DNA of 58,857 nt. Source: a virus (lineage: Duplodnaviria; Caudoviricetes). The stretch lies in the IMG/VR virus record IMGVR_UViG_3300033067_001904, positions 1 to 58,857 of that record; one strand, given 5' to 3'. Made by a program: the position numbers and the translations under genes. Within the stretch, counting starts at the first letter, position 1; the number at the start of each line of letters is the position of its first letter. The notes below the pieces were generated by a model. The model made no database searches and was not told the origin of the DNA. It saw nothing but the letters and a program-made list of their open reading frames with translations. This document shows, in pieces, positions 8,711 through 17,612 of this stretch.

Positions 8711-10075
8711 TCACTCTTCTGCGTCGGCCTCGATTGTCGGATCAGCGGCCACCGCAGAAGGATCGCCCTCGTCGTCTGCGGCCTCTTCGGGCATCGGCGG
8801 CAGGCCAGCGATATCGCGCAGGTGATTCTCGAGATCGCGGTCGGGGAAGAGTTGCGCCCCGGCCCCGGTGAGCTTGCCGAGGTAATCGCCCAACTCGGCG
8901 AGGTTCGGCTTCTCGAGGTCGGCAGGCACCAGCTTCGGCATGTACTCAAGTTCCATGCCGTTCAACTTCCAGAGGCGAGGCAGGAGGTGACGGTTGAAGG
9001 TGTCGGCGATCTTCTGGGTGAATGCGCCCACCGCCGTGGCGAAGAGCGCCGTCTTGTCGCTCGAGAGGGCGAAGCTGCCCACCGATTGCTGTCCGAGAAA
9101 GATGAAGTCGGCCAGCACCGAGGTGGCGATCGAGCGGTTGTACCGGTCGATGATCTTGGTTGTATCGAAGGTTCGAGAGCCGCCTGTTGAAAGCAGCTTG
9201 ATATCGAACATAAGTTGTCCGTGTGAGTCACGATCCGAGGGCAGCAAAATGCCCTCTTGCTGGTCGCGGCGCACTTGGGTGATCAGGCGCTTCCATGCGG
9301 CGAGGGTTTGCTTTTGCAGGGCGTCGGCGCTGGGGTCGAAGTACGCCCCGGGGATGTAAGCCACGGGCAAGCCAGCCAGATCGCGCTCCACACCGATGCC
9401 CTCGATCTCTTCGATGCGCTTCTTGAAGTACCAAGGGCGGTACGCCGTCCGCAGGATCGAACGGCCTTCAGGGTTGTTGCGTTCGTCCGTAGTGCGGAAA
9501 AGCAGGAGCTTCTCGATCGGGATCATCACCATCGGGCGGGCGATGGGTTGCTGCCACATGCCGTCGATCGAGCCATCCAGCGAGTCGATCGACCACTTCA
9601 CGATCGTGTTCTGGGCACGCAGGGCGATGTTGCGGATGCCGATCTTGCCGTCGTTGTAGGCCGAGCGGTTCGCGCCGTCGGTGGCGTCAGGGCCACCGCG
9701 CTTCTTCCAGATGATCTCCATCGGCGCGTAGCCGTAGGTGAACATGGTGCAGGCCTCTTCGATCACGGTGCTGAAGGGCACGCTCATGTCGTTGAACACC
9801 TCTTCGGCGAAGGTTTTGGCGTCCTCGGCCTCGATCGAATCGTCGCAGGCTTGGAAGTTCCACTTGGCCTGCCGGATCAGCATCGTGGTGGCGTAGAGCA
9901 CGGCCCCCACGATCGGATCGTTGTCCTGCATTTCCCGGTAGGTCTTGGCCCCATTCAGCCCGCGCAGTTCCTTGAGAAATTCTTCTGCGATGTAGCCGCC
10001 GTATTGGCGAAGGCCGGTATCGCCCAGCGTGTCGGGCGAGAACACCAGCTTGTTCGGTTGCGTTTCTTCACTCAT
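8711..10075 (-). CDS. Portal protein (DUF935/Mu gp29-like)
   Basis: Directly follows terL; GLRQYGG..EEFL.EL, NPEGRSILR.AY..WYFK, GSFALS motifs. Confidence 0.9.
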   Translation of the reverse strand: MSEETQPNKLVFSPDTLGDTGLRQYGGYIAEEFLKELRGLNGAKTYREMQDNDPIVGAVLYATTMLIRQAKWNFQACDDSIEAEDAKTFAEEVFNDMSVPFSTVIEEACTMFTYGYAPMEIIWKKRGGPDATDGANRSAYNDGKIGIRNIALRAQNTIVKWSIDSLDGSIDGMWQQPIARPMVMIPIEKLLLFRTTDERNNPEGRSILRTAYRPWYFKKRIEEIEGIGVERDLAGLPVAYIPGAYFDPSADALQKQTLAAWKRLITQVRRDQQEGILLPSDRDSHGQLMFDIKLLSTGGSRTFDTTKIIDRYNRSIATSVLADFIFLGQQSVGSFALSSDKTALFATAVGAFTQKIADTFNRHLLPRLWKLNGMELEYMPKLVPADLEKPNLAELGDYLGKLTGAGAQLFPDRDLENHLRDIAGLPPMPEEAADDEGDPSAVAADPTIEADAEE

Positions 10076-11345
10076 CCTGATCTCCTGCGTTTTCAAAAGC
10101 CCCCAGCCAAGGGCTGATTCGGGCGAGGTTGGAGGGCTGCGCCCCGTAGATCGACGGGTTCACTGCCCTAAGTTTTTCCACGGCGAGCGCCAAGGCCATC
10201 ACGCAGTCATCGTGATAGCCCACGGGTGCCGAGTATCGGACACCGGTTCGCGTGTAGACGTATTCGAAGTTCTCCAACTCGGCCCGGATGGGGCCGTCGG
10301 GGAACTTCACAAGGCCGGTTTGGATGGCGACAACAAGGCCCTCCATCAGCTTTTGCTTGCTCGAGGCCGAGAACTTGAAGCCCTCGAACACGTTGTGGCG
10401 CTTCTTTTGCAGACGCTCGACCACCGGATCGCCCACCCCGGTGGAGTCAATGAGCGTGGGCGTGCGGCCCACGATCCCGAGAATTCTCGTTTCCGTGTCT
10501 TCCCACGGGCTTTGCCAGCGATCGAAGCCGCAGGTGACGCCGTGCCGATCCAGCCCGAGCGCCACGCTCCAGTCGATGCTCTTGGCGAGGTCGATGCCGA
10601 TGGCTGCGGGCGGCTCGGTGGACATAGGAGCCACGCAGGCGCGGATGTAGGCCATGCCGAAGGGGTTGCCTTCGTCCTCGCTCGGTTCGGCCAGATAGAG
10701 TTCCCGAAACACGTTCTCGGGCAGGAGGCGCTTGGCGTCCTCGATCTCCTTGATATCCAGCACGCCACCGGCTGCGGCGTCGTAGGCGTTCAACTTCGCG
10801 TAACTCATGCCCACTTCACCGGCCTCAGCCTTGCGGGCGAGCTTGAAGTGCCAGTTGGTGCGGCCCTTCACGTTCCCGATGATCCTCACCGGCCCCTTGG
10901 TGGCCGTGAGCGTGGAACGGACGGCGATCCATGAATCCTCACGGCAGCGCGAGGCCTCATCGATCACGGCGGCGAAAACGTCCTCACCGTAGAGGTTGTC
11001 CGGCTTCTCAGCGGACTTGAACCACACCACCGCCCCATTGGGCAGTTCGAGGCTCATCTCGGTCTCGTTGGCCTTGAACATGGCCTTGGGCAGGCCGCGC
11101 TTGATGCGTCGGAAGGCGATCTTCGCCTGTGGGTACACAGGGGCCACCCACCAGTAGTTGCGCCCCGGACGGCCATGAATGAAGGCCTGCTCCATGAGCC
11201 ACGCCATGCACCCCACGGTTTTGCCCGCCTTGGTGGAGGCCTCGATCAGCGCGTAACGGGCAGGCTTGCCCTCGATATCCACGCAATCGAAGATCGCCTC
11301 CCGTTGCCGGGGGTAGAGCCACGGGCGAACGTACTCAGCCCTCAC
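10068..11345 (-). CDS. terL: Terminase large subunit
   Basis: Walker A-like ASTKAGKT, WVAP, Walker B VIDEA, nuclease GIDLA and HDDCVMALAL. Confidence 0.95.
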   Translation of the reverse strand: MRAEYVRPWLYPRQREAIFDCVDIEGKPARYALIEASTKAGKTVGCMAWLMEQAFIHGRPGRNYWWVAPVYPQAKIAFRRIKRGLPKAMFKANETEMSLELPNGAVVWFKSAEKPDNLYGEDVFAAVIDEASRCREDSWIAVRSTLTATKGPVRIIGNVKGRTNWHFKLARKAEAGEVGMSYAKLNAYDAAAGGVLDIKEIEDAKRLLPENVFRELYLAEPSEDEGNPFGMAYIRACVAPMSTEPPAAIGIDLAKSIDWSVALGLDRHGVTCGFDRWQSPWEDTETRILGIVGRTPTLIDSTGVGDPVVERLQKKRHNVFEGFKFSASSKQKLMEGLVVAIQTGLVKFPDGPIRAELENFEYVYTRTGVRYSAPVGYHDDCVMALALAVEKLRAVNPSIYGAQPSNLARISPWLGAFENAGDQDE

Positions 11346-11838
11346 CGCGCTCCCCGATCTTCAGGGTGAACGTGACCACCTGTTCGGTGCCGTCGTTGGC
11401 CGTTTGCTTGGCCTGCACCTGAGCATTCAGGCCGTCGTCGCGCCAGCCGTGTTGCTTGAGGATGAAGATCGCGGCGGTGTTCGCGGCCTTCATGTCCCGG
11501 GTCTGGGTGGCGTTCGAGTACAGGTTGTTCACCACCCGGGCCAGCATCTTCGACTTGCCGTGGGCGAGTTCGGCTTCGTAGTGCTTCCTCAGCGTCGGCT
11601 CAGAGATGCCCACCACGGCTGCGGCCTGTTCGTGGGTCATGTTGGCGAACATGCACAGGGCCACAAGCGATCGGGTTTGATCGGTGGGCACGTGTGCTGG
11701 CACCCCGCCCCTTTTTTTCAATGGGGAAAGATGGGGCGGAAGGGGTGCGATCGCACCGGCAGGGTTTGCGGGCTTCGCGGCTTTCTTCGCTGGGGCCTTG
11801 ATGGCTTTCGCGGGGGCTTTCTGTGGGGTGGCTTTCAT
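11335..11838 (-). CDS. terS: Terminase small subunit
   Basis: HTH segment ISEPTLRKHY..EL..G, AAIFILK..GW; overlaps terL start. Confidence 0.85.
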   Translation of the reverse strand: MKATPQKAPAKAIKAPAKKAAKPANPAGAIAPLPPHLSPLKKRGGVPAHVPTDQTRSLVALCMFANMTHEQAAAVVGISEPTLRKHYEAELAHGKSKMLARVVNNLYSNATQTRDMKAANTAAIFILKQHGWRDDGLNAQVQAKQTANDGTEQVVTFTLKIGERGEG

Positions 11839-11866
11839 AGGCTCTCATTATCGTGTTATCAGCCTA

Positions 11867-11910
11867 TTGACACTTTCTCATTTCGACGGTGTAATATCAC
11901 CACTGTGATA
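11867..11910 (+). promoter_or_regulatory. Sigma70 promoter with downstream 16-bp operator
   Basis: TTGACA (11867)-17 bp-TGTAAT (11890); operator TATCAC-CACT-GTGATA at 11895-11910. Confidence 0.8.
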
Positions 11911-11940
11911 CGGAATCACAGAGAAACAGGAGAAAACGCA

Positions 11941-12162
11941 ATGCAAACGAAAACGAACGAAACCCCGATGGCCCGGGCACTGAGCCGGGTCGAGAACCTT
12001 GTGACCGGCATGGGGTATGAGCGGATCAACCCCGAATCGCTCATGGCGCTGGGTGATGCCCTCGAGCGCGATGAGGAATGCGTGGAGTTCGAGATGAACG
12101 ACCACGGCGCTTACCGAATGGTGATGCGCGGCTTCCACGCCCTGTTCGCGGAGGCAGCATGA
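11941..12162 (+). CDS. Small acidic hypothetical protein, first gene of cassette 1
   Basis: GGAGAAAACGCA leader directly before MQTKTNETP. Confidence 0.8.
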   Translation: MQTKTNETPMARALSRVENLVTGMGYERINPESLMALGDALERDEECVEFEMNDHGAYRMVMRGFHALFAEAA

Positions 12163-12740
12163 ACTTCGCCGCCACCGACAAAGCGCTGGGCAAGCTGATC
12201 GAGACCCGCCCTTGGATCGCCAGCATCGACACCGATGAACCCGGCAACTGGATCGTGACCCTGCATGAGCCTTGGTGCTTCTACCTCGATCCCGGCTGCG
12301 GGGTGCGAGGGTTTGATTCCCTCTCTGAGGTGAAGAAGAGCACTACTGCGCTGGATGTGTACCAAAAGGTGCCTGCCGCTACTTTTGAGAAAGTAGAAGC
12401 GCACGAAGTGACACCGGCCCTCGAGGCTTTCATCCTCGGGATCGCCCGGGGCGTGGCCGATGCGAAGAAGGCCTTTGCGAAGAAGCGCGGGCGCAAGTCG
12501 ATGCTCACCCCGGTGCTGGAAGGCCTCGAGGCGGGCACCATCCTGCCCCTCGAGTTCGCATCCGAGTCGAACTACACCTACAACCGGCACGCCGACCGGC
12601 TGCACAAGCTGGCCTTGGAGGGCAACCTCGAGGCGCTCGAGGCCATCGAGATCAGCGGCGTGAACACCTATGCGAAGGCCCTGCGCGGGTACCGGGATGC
12701 CCTGATCAGCCACCTCCTGAAGAAGGCAGGTGCCGCATGA
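12159..12740 (+). CDS. Two-domain hypothetical protein; C-terminal helical domain resembles repeats of the 1398-aa effector
   Basis: Start MNFAATDK (ATGA overlap); C-terminus LALEGNLEALEAI..SGVNTYAKAL. Confidence 0.8.
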   Translation: MNFAATDKALGKLIETRPWIASIDTDEPGNWIVTLHEPWCFYLDPGCGVRGFDSLSEVKKSTTALDVYQKVPAATFEKVEAHEVTPALEAFILGIARGVADAKKAFAKKRGRKSMLTPVLEGLEAGTILPLEFASESNYTYNRHADRLHKLALEGNLEALEAIEISGVNTYAKALRGYRDALISHLLKKAGAA

Positions 12741-12913
12741 TCTACAAGGCCCCTCATTCAGATTCGCGCACGCTTTTCGAAGCGTGGTTCACGACCAGCC
12801 ACACATCGGCGTGCGTGGTGCGTACCCGCAAGGGCTACATCAGCGAAACCACCCGGGTGGCGTGGCGTGCATGGCAGGCGGCGACCGCCCAAGTGAAAGG
12901 CGGTGCCGCATGA
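12737..12913 (+). CDS. Hypothetical protein (FEAW...AW.AWQAA type)
   Basis: Read by hand: MIYKAPHSDSRTLFEAWF...VAWRAWQAA; ATGA overlaps on both sides. Confidence 0.7.
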   Translation: MIYKAPHSDSRTLFEAWFTTSHTSACVVRTRKGYISETTRVAWRAWQAATAQVKGGAA

Positions 12914-13101
12914 GCAACATGAGCTACTGCCGGTTCCAAAACACCCTGATCGCGCTGCGCGACTGCGGGGATGCCTTGGACGAGATCGATGGGAACCTTG
13001 CCGAACTGAGCAAGGATGAGGCTCGAGCCGCCGATCAACTGATCAGGCTCTGCACTCAGATTTCCATGTTTCACGACAACTCGATGGACGGTGCCGCATG
13101 A
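12910..13101 (+). CDS. Hypothetical protein (MSYCRFxNT type)
   Basis: MSNMSYCRFQNTL; coupled starts and stops. Confidence 0.75.
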   Translation: MSNMSYCRFQNTLIALRDCGDALDEIDGNLAELSKDEARAADQLIRLCTQISMFHDNSMDGAA

Positions 13102-13385
13102 CCGGGAAGCACACGCCCGGGCCGTGGACGGTCACCCGGGTATCGAAGTCCACGATCCTCAAGGACATTTACATCAGCGCAGGCAAAGAGCGGATCGCAC
13201 GTGTGTGCGTTCCCGCCACGGCTCAGAGCGTTGCCGAGTACGAAGCAAACGCACTCTTGCTGGCCCTTGCGCCGGAGATGTTCGCGATGCTGAAAGAAGC
13301 CACGCAGTTCGTTGAACACAACCTATGGCCGGAGCATGAGTTCGTGATGCGGCTCAAGGACACGATCTCCAAGGCTCAAAGCTAA
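13098..13385 (+). CDS. Hypothetical protein (KHTPGPW type)
   Basis: KHTPGPW...ANALLLALAPEM motif common in phage early genes. Confidence 0.8.
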   Translation: MTGKHTPGPWTVTRVSKSTILKDIYISAGKERIARVCVPATAQSVAEYEANALLLALAPEMFAMLKEATQFVEHNLWPEHEFVMRLKDTISKAQS

Positions 13386-13403
13386 TTTTCCGAAAGTAGA
13401 ACC

Positions 13404-13661
13404 ATGCAAGTTGATAACCGAAGCAAGCAAGCCCACCTCGCGATCGCGCTCTCCAAGATCGCCACGCAGTTGGGCGAAGAACTGAACCTGAACGGCGCGG
13501 AGACAATCGAGGCGACGGTGTACGCCCTCGCCATGACCTGCTGTGATTTCACCCAGCCGCAAGATCGAGGCTTGTGCATCACCGAGGCCTCGAAGCTGCT
13601 TCTCAGCTACGCCACCCCGGTCACGGTCGATTCGCCCGTGCAATCTCTCGCCACGCACTGA
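13404..13661 (+). CDS. Hypothetical protein
   Basis: ORF packed in the cassette. Confidence 0.6.
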   Translation: MQVDNRSKQAHLAIALSKIATQLGEELNLNGAETIEATVYALAMTCCDFTQPQDRGLCITEASKLLLSYATPVTVDSPVQSLATH

Positions 13662-13672
13662 AGGAGAACGTC

Positions 13673-13936
13673 ATGGCATCAATCTGGATTCAGCGGGCCG
13701 GAGAGGCCCAGCCCCTGAAGATGAAGGGGCACCTCGACACGGCGATCGCCAAGCGCCTGTTCGACCAGTACCTGATCTGGTGGGATCAGGACGAGAAGCA
13801 GAAGGCCGAGCGGGTGTTCAAGTACGAAGCGATCCTGAAGCGCAAGGGCAAAATCAAGGCGCTGATCTTCGTGGAGTTTCACTCGGTGCCCAGCGCGGAG
13901 GAACCCGGTCAACCCAAGCGAAAGGCCACCGCATGA
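13673..13936 (+). CDS. Hypothetical protein
   Basis: AAGGAG RBS before MASIWIQ. Confidence 0.7.
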   Translation: MASIWIQRAGEAQPLKMKGHLDTAIAKRLFDQYLIWWDQDEKQKAERVFKYEAILKRKGKIKALIFVEFHSVPSAEEPGQPKRKATA

Positions 13937-14112
13937 GCAAGGCGCAACAAGTGTTCGAGGCCATCATGCGGGCCAAGGGCCACACCGACTTCACCATGAA
14001 GAACGGCAAGTACACCAACCTGAACCTGTCTGTGCGCTGGAACTATTTCAGCCTCGGGTGGGAGATGCACGAAGTGACGAAACCAGTCAGAAACGCGAAA
14101 GGAACCGCATGA
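13933..14112 (+). CDS. Hypothetical protein
   Basis: MSKAQQVFEAIMRAKG; ATGA overlap. Confidence 0.7.
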   Translation: MSKAQQVFEAIMRAKGHTDFTMKNGKYTNLNLSVRWNYFSLGWEMHEVTKPVRNAKGTA

Positions 14113-14354
14113 ACATCACGATCTACACAAAGACCAACTGCCCCAACTGCATCGAGGCCAAGCGCCTGCTCGAGCGGTACAAGCTGCGTCACATTTCCAT
14201 CAGCCTCGATGATCCCGAGAAGCTGGCGGCGTTTGTTTTGGAGAACCCGGGCGTTCGGCAAATGCCCCAGATTTACTTCAACGATCAGCGCGTCGGGGGC
14301 CTTGCTGGCCTGAAGGCGGCGATGGTGCAGGCCAAGATCATGGAGGCTCCATGA
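14109..14354 (+). CDS. Glutaredoxin
   Basis: IYTKTNCPNC..AK.LL, RQMPQIY, RVGG. Confidence 0.9.
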   Translation: MNITIYTKTNCPNCIEAKRLLERYKLRHISISLDDPEKLAAFVLENPGVRQMPQIYFNDQRVGGLAGLKAAMVQAKIMEAP

Positions 14355-14806
14355 GGAAGCGCACCCGTCGCAAGGTCTGGGGCTTGCTGAATCCAGTGCA
14401 GCACGCGATCGAGGGCGCGGCCTACGTTCCCGAGGCACTGCTCGCTCCCCTGCGCCTGCGTGAACTGGCTGCGATCGAGTCCTTCCGCACCGGCAGCGCC
14501 GGGTTGCAGGAGTGGCACGACGTAAACGCCATGCACGGGCTATGCGAGACGATGGCGAAGGAAGGCATCGGCCCCGAGGCCCTCGAGGCCTGCGAGCGCT
14601 GTGAGCACCACCTCATCGAGGCGGCTCGTCGGTTCGAGCGCACCGGCAAGATGGGCACCACCGGCCCCGGGTTGCAGGCGTTCCGCGATGTGTTCGACTA
14701 CCACGACCTGCAACGGCAGAGCGTGGCCCGGGCCACCTACGATCAGATGATCCGGCTTACCACGGCGCGGATTCGGTCACGCGCCCCGGGCGTCACTGTC
14801 CTTTGA
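14351..14806 (+). CDS. Hypothetical phage protein
   Basis: GGAGG RBS; basic N-terminus MRKRTRRK. Confidence 0.75.
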   Translation: MRKRTRRKVWGLLNPVQHAIEGAAYVPEALLAPLRLRELAAIESFRTGSAGLQEWHDVNAMHGLCETMAKEGIGPEALEACERCEHHLIEAARRFERTGKMGTTGPGLQAFRDVFDYHDLQRQSVARATYDQMIRLTTARIRSRAPGVTVL

Positions 14807-16105
14807 GGCCTTGGCCTTCTTGGCCTTGGCTTGCTTCTTGTCCTGCTTGCCCTGCTCGTTGCCCACCAGCTTGCCCGGGGCACGCTCGCCCATGACCTCG
14901 GTGAAGGTGCGCCCGTCGGCCTCGAGGATCGCGTGCTGGCCGGTGAAGGCCTGCCAGCGCAGCACCCCCACATCGACGTAAGCTGGCTCGAGTTCGATGG
15001 CGTGGCACGTGCGGCCCGTCATTTCGCACGCAATGATCGTGGTGCCGGAGCCGGAGAACGGCTCATAGATGGCATGGCCGGGGCTTGAGTTGTTCTCGAT
15101 CGGGCGCTTCATGGCGTCGACCGGCTTCTGGGTGCCGTGGCCGGTGTCGCTCTTGGCGTGATCGATCTGCCACACGGTCGTCTGCGAGCGATCGCCCGCC
15201 CAATGCCCGGTTGCGCCGTCGCGCACCACGTACCATGCCGATTCGTGCTGCGGGTGATAGTGGCCCCGGGAGAGCACCATGCGGCTCTTGGCCCACACGA
15301 TCTGGGCGCGAATCTTGAACCCGGCTGCGATCAGGCTGTCGGCAACCGTGTGCGCGTGGATCATGCCGTGCCACACATAGGCCACATCCCCGGGGAACAG
15401 CGCCCACGCCTCACGCCAATCGGCCCGGTCGTCGTTCTGCACCTTGCCCTCGGCACGCTTTGCGCCGTCCTTGAGCGCCTTCGAGCGCCAATCCGGGTCG
15501 TACTCCACGCCATACGGGGGGTCGGTCACCATCAGGTGAGGCTTCACCCCGTTCAAGGCCTTGTTCACGGCATCCACGCTGGTTGAGTCGCCGCACACCA
15601 GCCGGTGACGGCCCAGCACCCACACATCGCCCGCCACGGCCACGGGAAAGTCCGGGGTGGGGGGCACATCATCGGGATCGGTGTTGCCGTCGGTGCCGAG
15701 CGGGGCAAGCAACTTGTCCAGTTCATCGACGGAAAAGCCGATGAGGCCGAGATCGAAGTTCGCCATGTTGAGATCGGCCAACTCGAGGCGAAGCAGGTTC
15801 ATGTCCCAGCCAGCGTTCTCGGCGAGCTTGTTGTCGGCGATCACCAGCGCACGGCGTTGCTCGGGCGTGAGGCCCTCGATCGTGATGGTGGGCACCTCGG
15901 CCAAGCCGAGCTTCTGAGCCGCCATGAGCCGCCCGTGGCCCGCAATGATCTCGCCCGCCTCGTCGCACAGGATCGGGTTCGTCCAGCCCCATTCCTTGAT
16001 CGCGGCGGCGATCTGGGCGATCTGAAGGTCGGAGTGGGTGCGCGAGTTCTGTGCGTAAGGCACAAGGGCGGCGACGGCCCGGTAGGTGACGGCGAGTTGT
16101 TGCAT
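14777..16105 (-). CDS. ParB-N domain fused to N4/N6 DNA methyltransferase
   Basis: NSRTHS..QI, IIAGHGR, IADNK (ParB-N); TDPPY, HGTQKPV, EPFSGSGTT (MTase). Confidence 0.92.
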   Translation of the reverse strand: MQQLAVTYRAVAALVPYAQNSRTHSDLQIAQIAAAIKEWGWTNPILCDEAGEIIAGHGRLMAAQKLGLAEVPTITIEGLTPEQRRALVIADNKLAENAGWDMNLLRLELADLNMANFDLGLIGFSVDELDKLLAPLGTDGNTDPDDVPPTPDFPVAVAGDVWVLGRHRLVCGDSTSVDAVNKALNGVKPHLMVTDPPYGVEYDPDWRSKALKDGAKRAEGKVQNDDRADWREAWALFPGDVAYVWHGMIHAHTVADSLIAAGFKIRAQIVWAKSRMVLSRGHYHPQHESAWYVVRDGATGHWAGDRSQTTVWQIDHAKSDTGHGTQKPVDAMKRPIENNSSPGHAIYEPFSGSGTTIIACEMTGRTCHAIELEPAYVDVGVLRWQAFTGQHAILEADGRTFTEVMGERAPGKLVGNEQGKQDKKQAKAKKAKASKDSDARGA

Positions 16106-16120
16106 GGCTTTCTCTGGGCG

Positions 16121-16143
16121 AAAAAAAAGCGCCACGTGGGCGC
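16121..16143 (-). terminator. Rho-independent terminator just upstream of the methylase
   Basis: GCGCC-CACGT-GGCGC followed by T8 on minus. Confidence 0.7.
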
Positions 16144-16260
16144 ATACGACTTGAACTGCCCCAAGGGGGGCCACCGAGCGGGGAGGTTTGGGAGAAAACG
16201 CATTGACGCCCGGTGGCCTAAGCGAAGCCGCAAGCCCGGAGAGGCAACGGATTCACCATG
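16121..16260 (-). ncRNA. Putative trans-acting antisense small RNA
   Basis: 12-bp stem (16169-16218, with a G-U pair possible only on minus) enclosing a 26-nt pyrimidine-rich loop, then a small hairpin and a terminator; candidate -10 TACGAT at 16266-16271; 5' end uncertain. Confidence 0.6.
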
Positions 16261-16354
16261 CCGTGATCGTATCGGCGAAAGCAGCGCCCGGGTGAACAAA
16301 TGCTCACGGGAATGATGAAAACCCGACTTTTTCCGTCTTTTTTGCTTTTTCCTC

Positions 16355-16382
16355 TTGCTGATTCTCACAACGGTGATACAGT
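16355..16382 (+). promoter_or_regulatory. Promoter of cassette 2 with operator in the spacer
   Basis: TTGCTG...TACAGT; TCTCAC-AACG-GTGATA at 16363-16378; T-rich UP-like tract upstream. Confidence 0.65.
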
Positions 16383-16448
16383 CAAGCCATCGAATCACTT
16401 TTCCAAAAGTAGTTTCGATCAACTTGATAACCAACCGGAGAAAACGCA

Positions 16449-17612
16449 ATGACCCACGTAATTGATCACACCAAGGGCCAGATGGTCGGTGCAGTGAGCG
16501 CCCAATGGGCCAGCCGCCCCGACGATCAGAAGTTCCTCAGCCTCAGCGAACTGCGCGGCAAGGTGGCCGAGTACGCCGCCCAAAGCCGCACGATCGATGT
16601 GCTGCCGCAGGAGATCGTCGCCAGCTACGACGCCGCCAACCCCTCGATCCTGCGAATCGGCATGGAGGGCTGCGCCGACCTCGAGCCAACCCATTGGGGG
16701 TTCGATCAGATCGCCCGGGTGGCCGGTGCCCCTGCCAGCTACCTGCGCGAATTGCCCGGGCCTCTGGCTGCGCTGAATCTGAACTACGGCCTGAAGGTGG
16801 CCGATGCCAAGCCGGTGCAGGCCTACGTTCGCGAGAACGGCTCCACCAGCCTGCGCGGCATCACCTCCACCAAGTACGGGCGAATCCTCGACCGCGATGT
16901 GGCCGACGCAGTGATCAACGTGGCAGGCAACGGCACGGGCGACACCCGCTGGAAGGTGCCCGGGGTGATCGAGTGGGGCAACAAGTTCGGCGTGAGCTAC
17001 AACCCCAACGTCGATATCACCCGCGAGAACACCACGCTCTACGCCAGCGACCGCGATCTGTTCATCTTCCTCGTTGACGACCTGAATCCGATCGAGGTGG
17101 GCAAGCTGGCGAACGGCCAACCCGACCTCATGTTCCGGGGCTTCTACGTGTGGAACTCGGAGGTGGGTTCGCGCACCTACGGCTTCGCCTCGATGTACCT
17201 GCGCGGCGTGTGCCAGAACCGCAACCTCTGGGGCGTGGAAGGCTTCAACGAGATCGTGTTCAAACACACCGCGATGGCCCCCGAGCGCTTCGAGGTGGAG
17301 GCCGAGCCTGCGCTGGTGGAGTTCGCAGGCGGTTCCACCGACAAGGTCGTGAAGGGCGTGGCCGCTGCCAAGAAGGCGATTGCAGCCAAGACCGACGAAG
17401 ATCGCCTCGAGTTCCTCGGCAAGCTGGGCTTCAGCCAGAAAGCGGCCAAGAACATCATCGACACCTCGATCGTGGAAGAGCAGAAAGCGCCCGAGAGCCT
17501 CTGGGACTTCGCCCAAGGCATCAGCGCCGCCGCTCGCAAGCTGGACTTCCAAGATCAGCGCCTGAAGATGGAAGCCATCGCCGGGGCCGTGTTGGACAAG
17601 GTGGCCGCATGA
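16449..17612 (+). CDS. DUF932-family protein
   Basis: QWASRPDD..F.SL, PTHWGF.Q, LYASDRD.FIFLVD, FRGFYVWNSEVGS, VCQNRNLWG. Confidence 0.8.
   Translation: MTHVIDHTKGQMVGAVSAQWASRPDDQKFLSLSELRGKVAEYAAQSRTIDVLPQEIVASYDAANPSILRIGMEGCADLEPTHWGFDQIARVAGAPASYLRELPGPLAALNLNYGLKVADAKPVQAYVRENGSTSLRGITSTKYGRILDRDVADAVINVAGNGTGDTRWKVPGVIEWGNKFGVSYNPNVDITRENTTLYASDRDLFIFLVDDLNPIEVGKLANGQPDLMFRGFYVWNSEVGSRTYGFASMYLRGVCQNRNLWGVEGFNEIVFKHTAMAPERFEVEAEPALVEFAGGSTDKVVKGVAAAKKAIAAKTDEDRLEFLGKLGFSQKAAKNIIDTSIVEEQKAPESLWDFAQGISAAARKLDFQDQRLKMEAIAGAVLDKVAA

Noticed and set aside
16203-16295. 30-codon plus-strand TTG ORF after the fifth GGAGAAAACGCA copy
   Set aside because: Weak start, RBS enclosed by a stem, no evident upstream promoter; stem wobble and terminator favour a minus-strand RNA, though the ORF is not excluded
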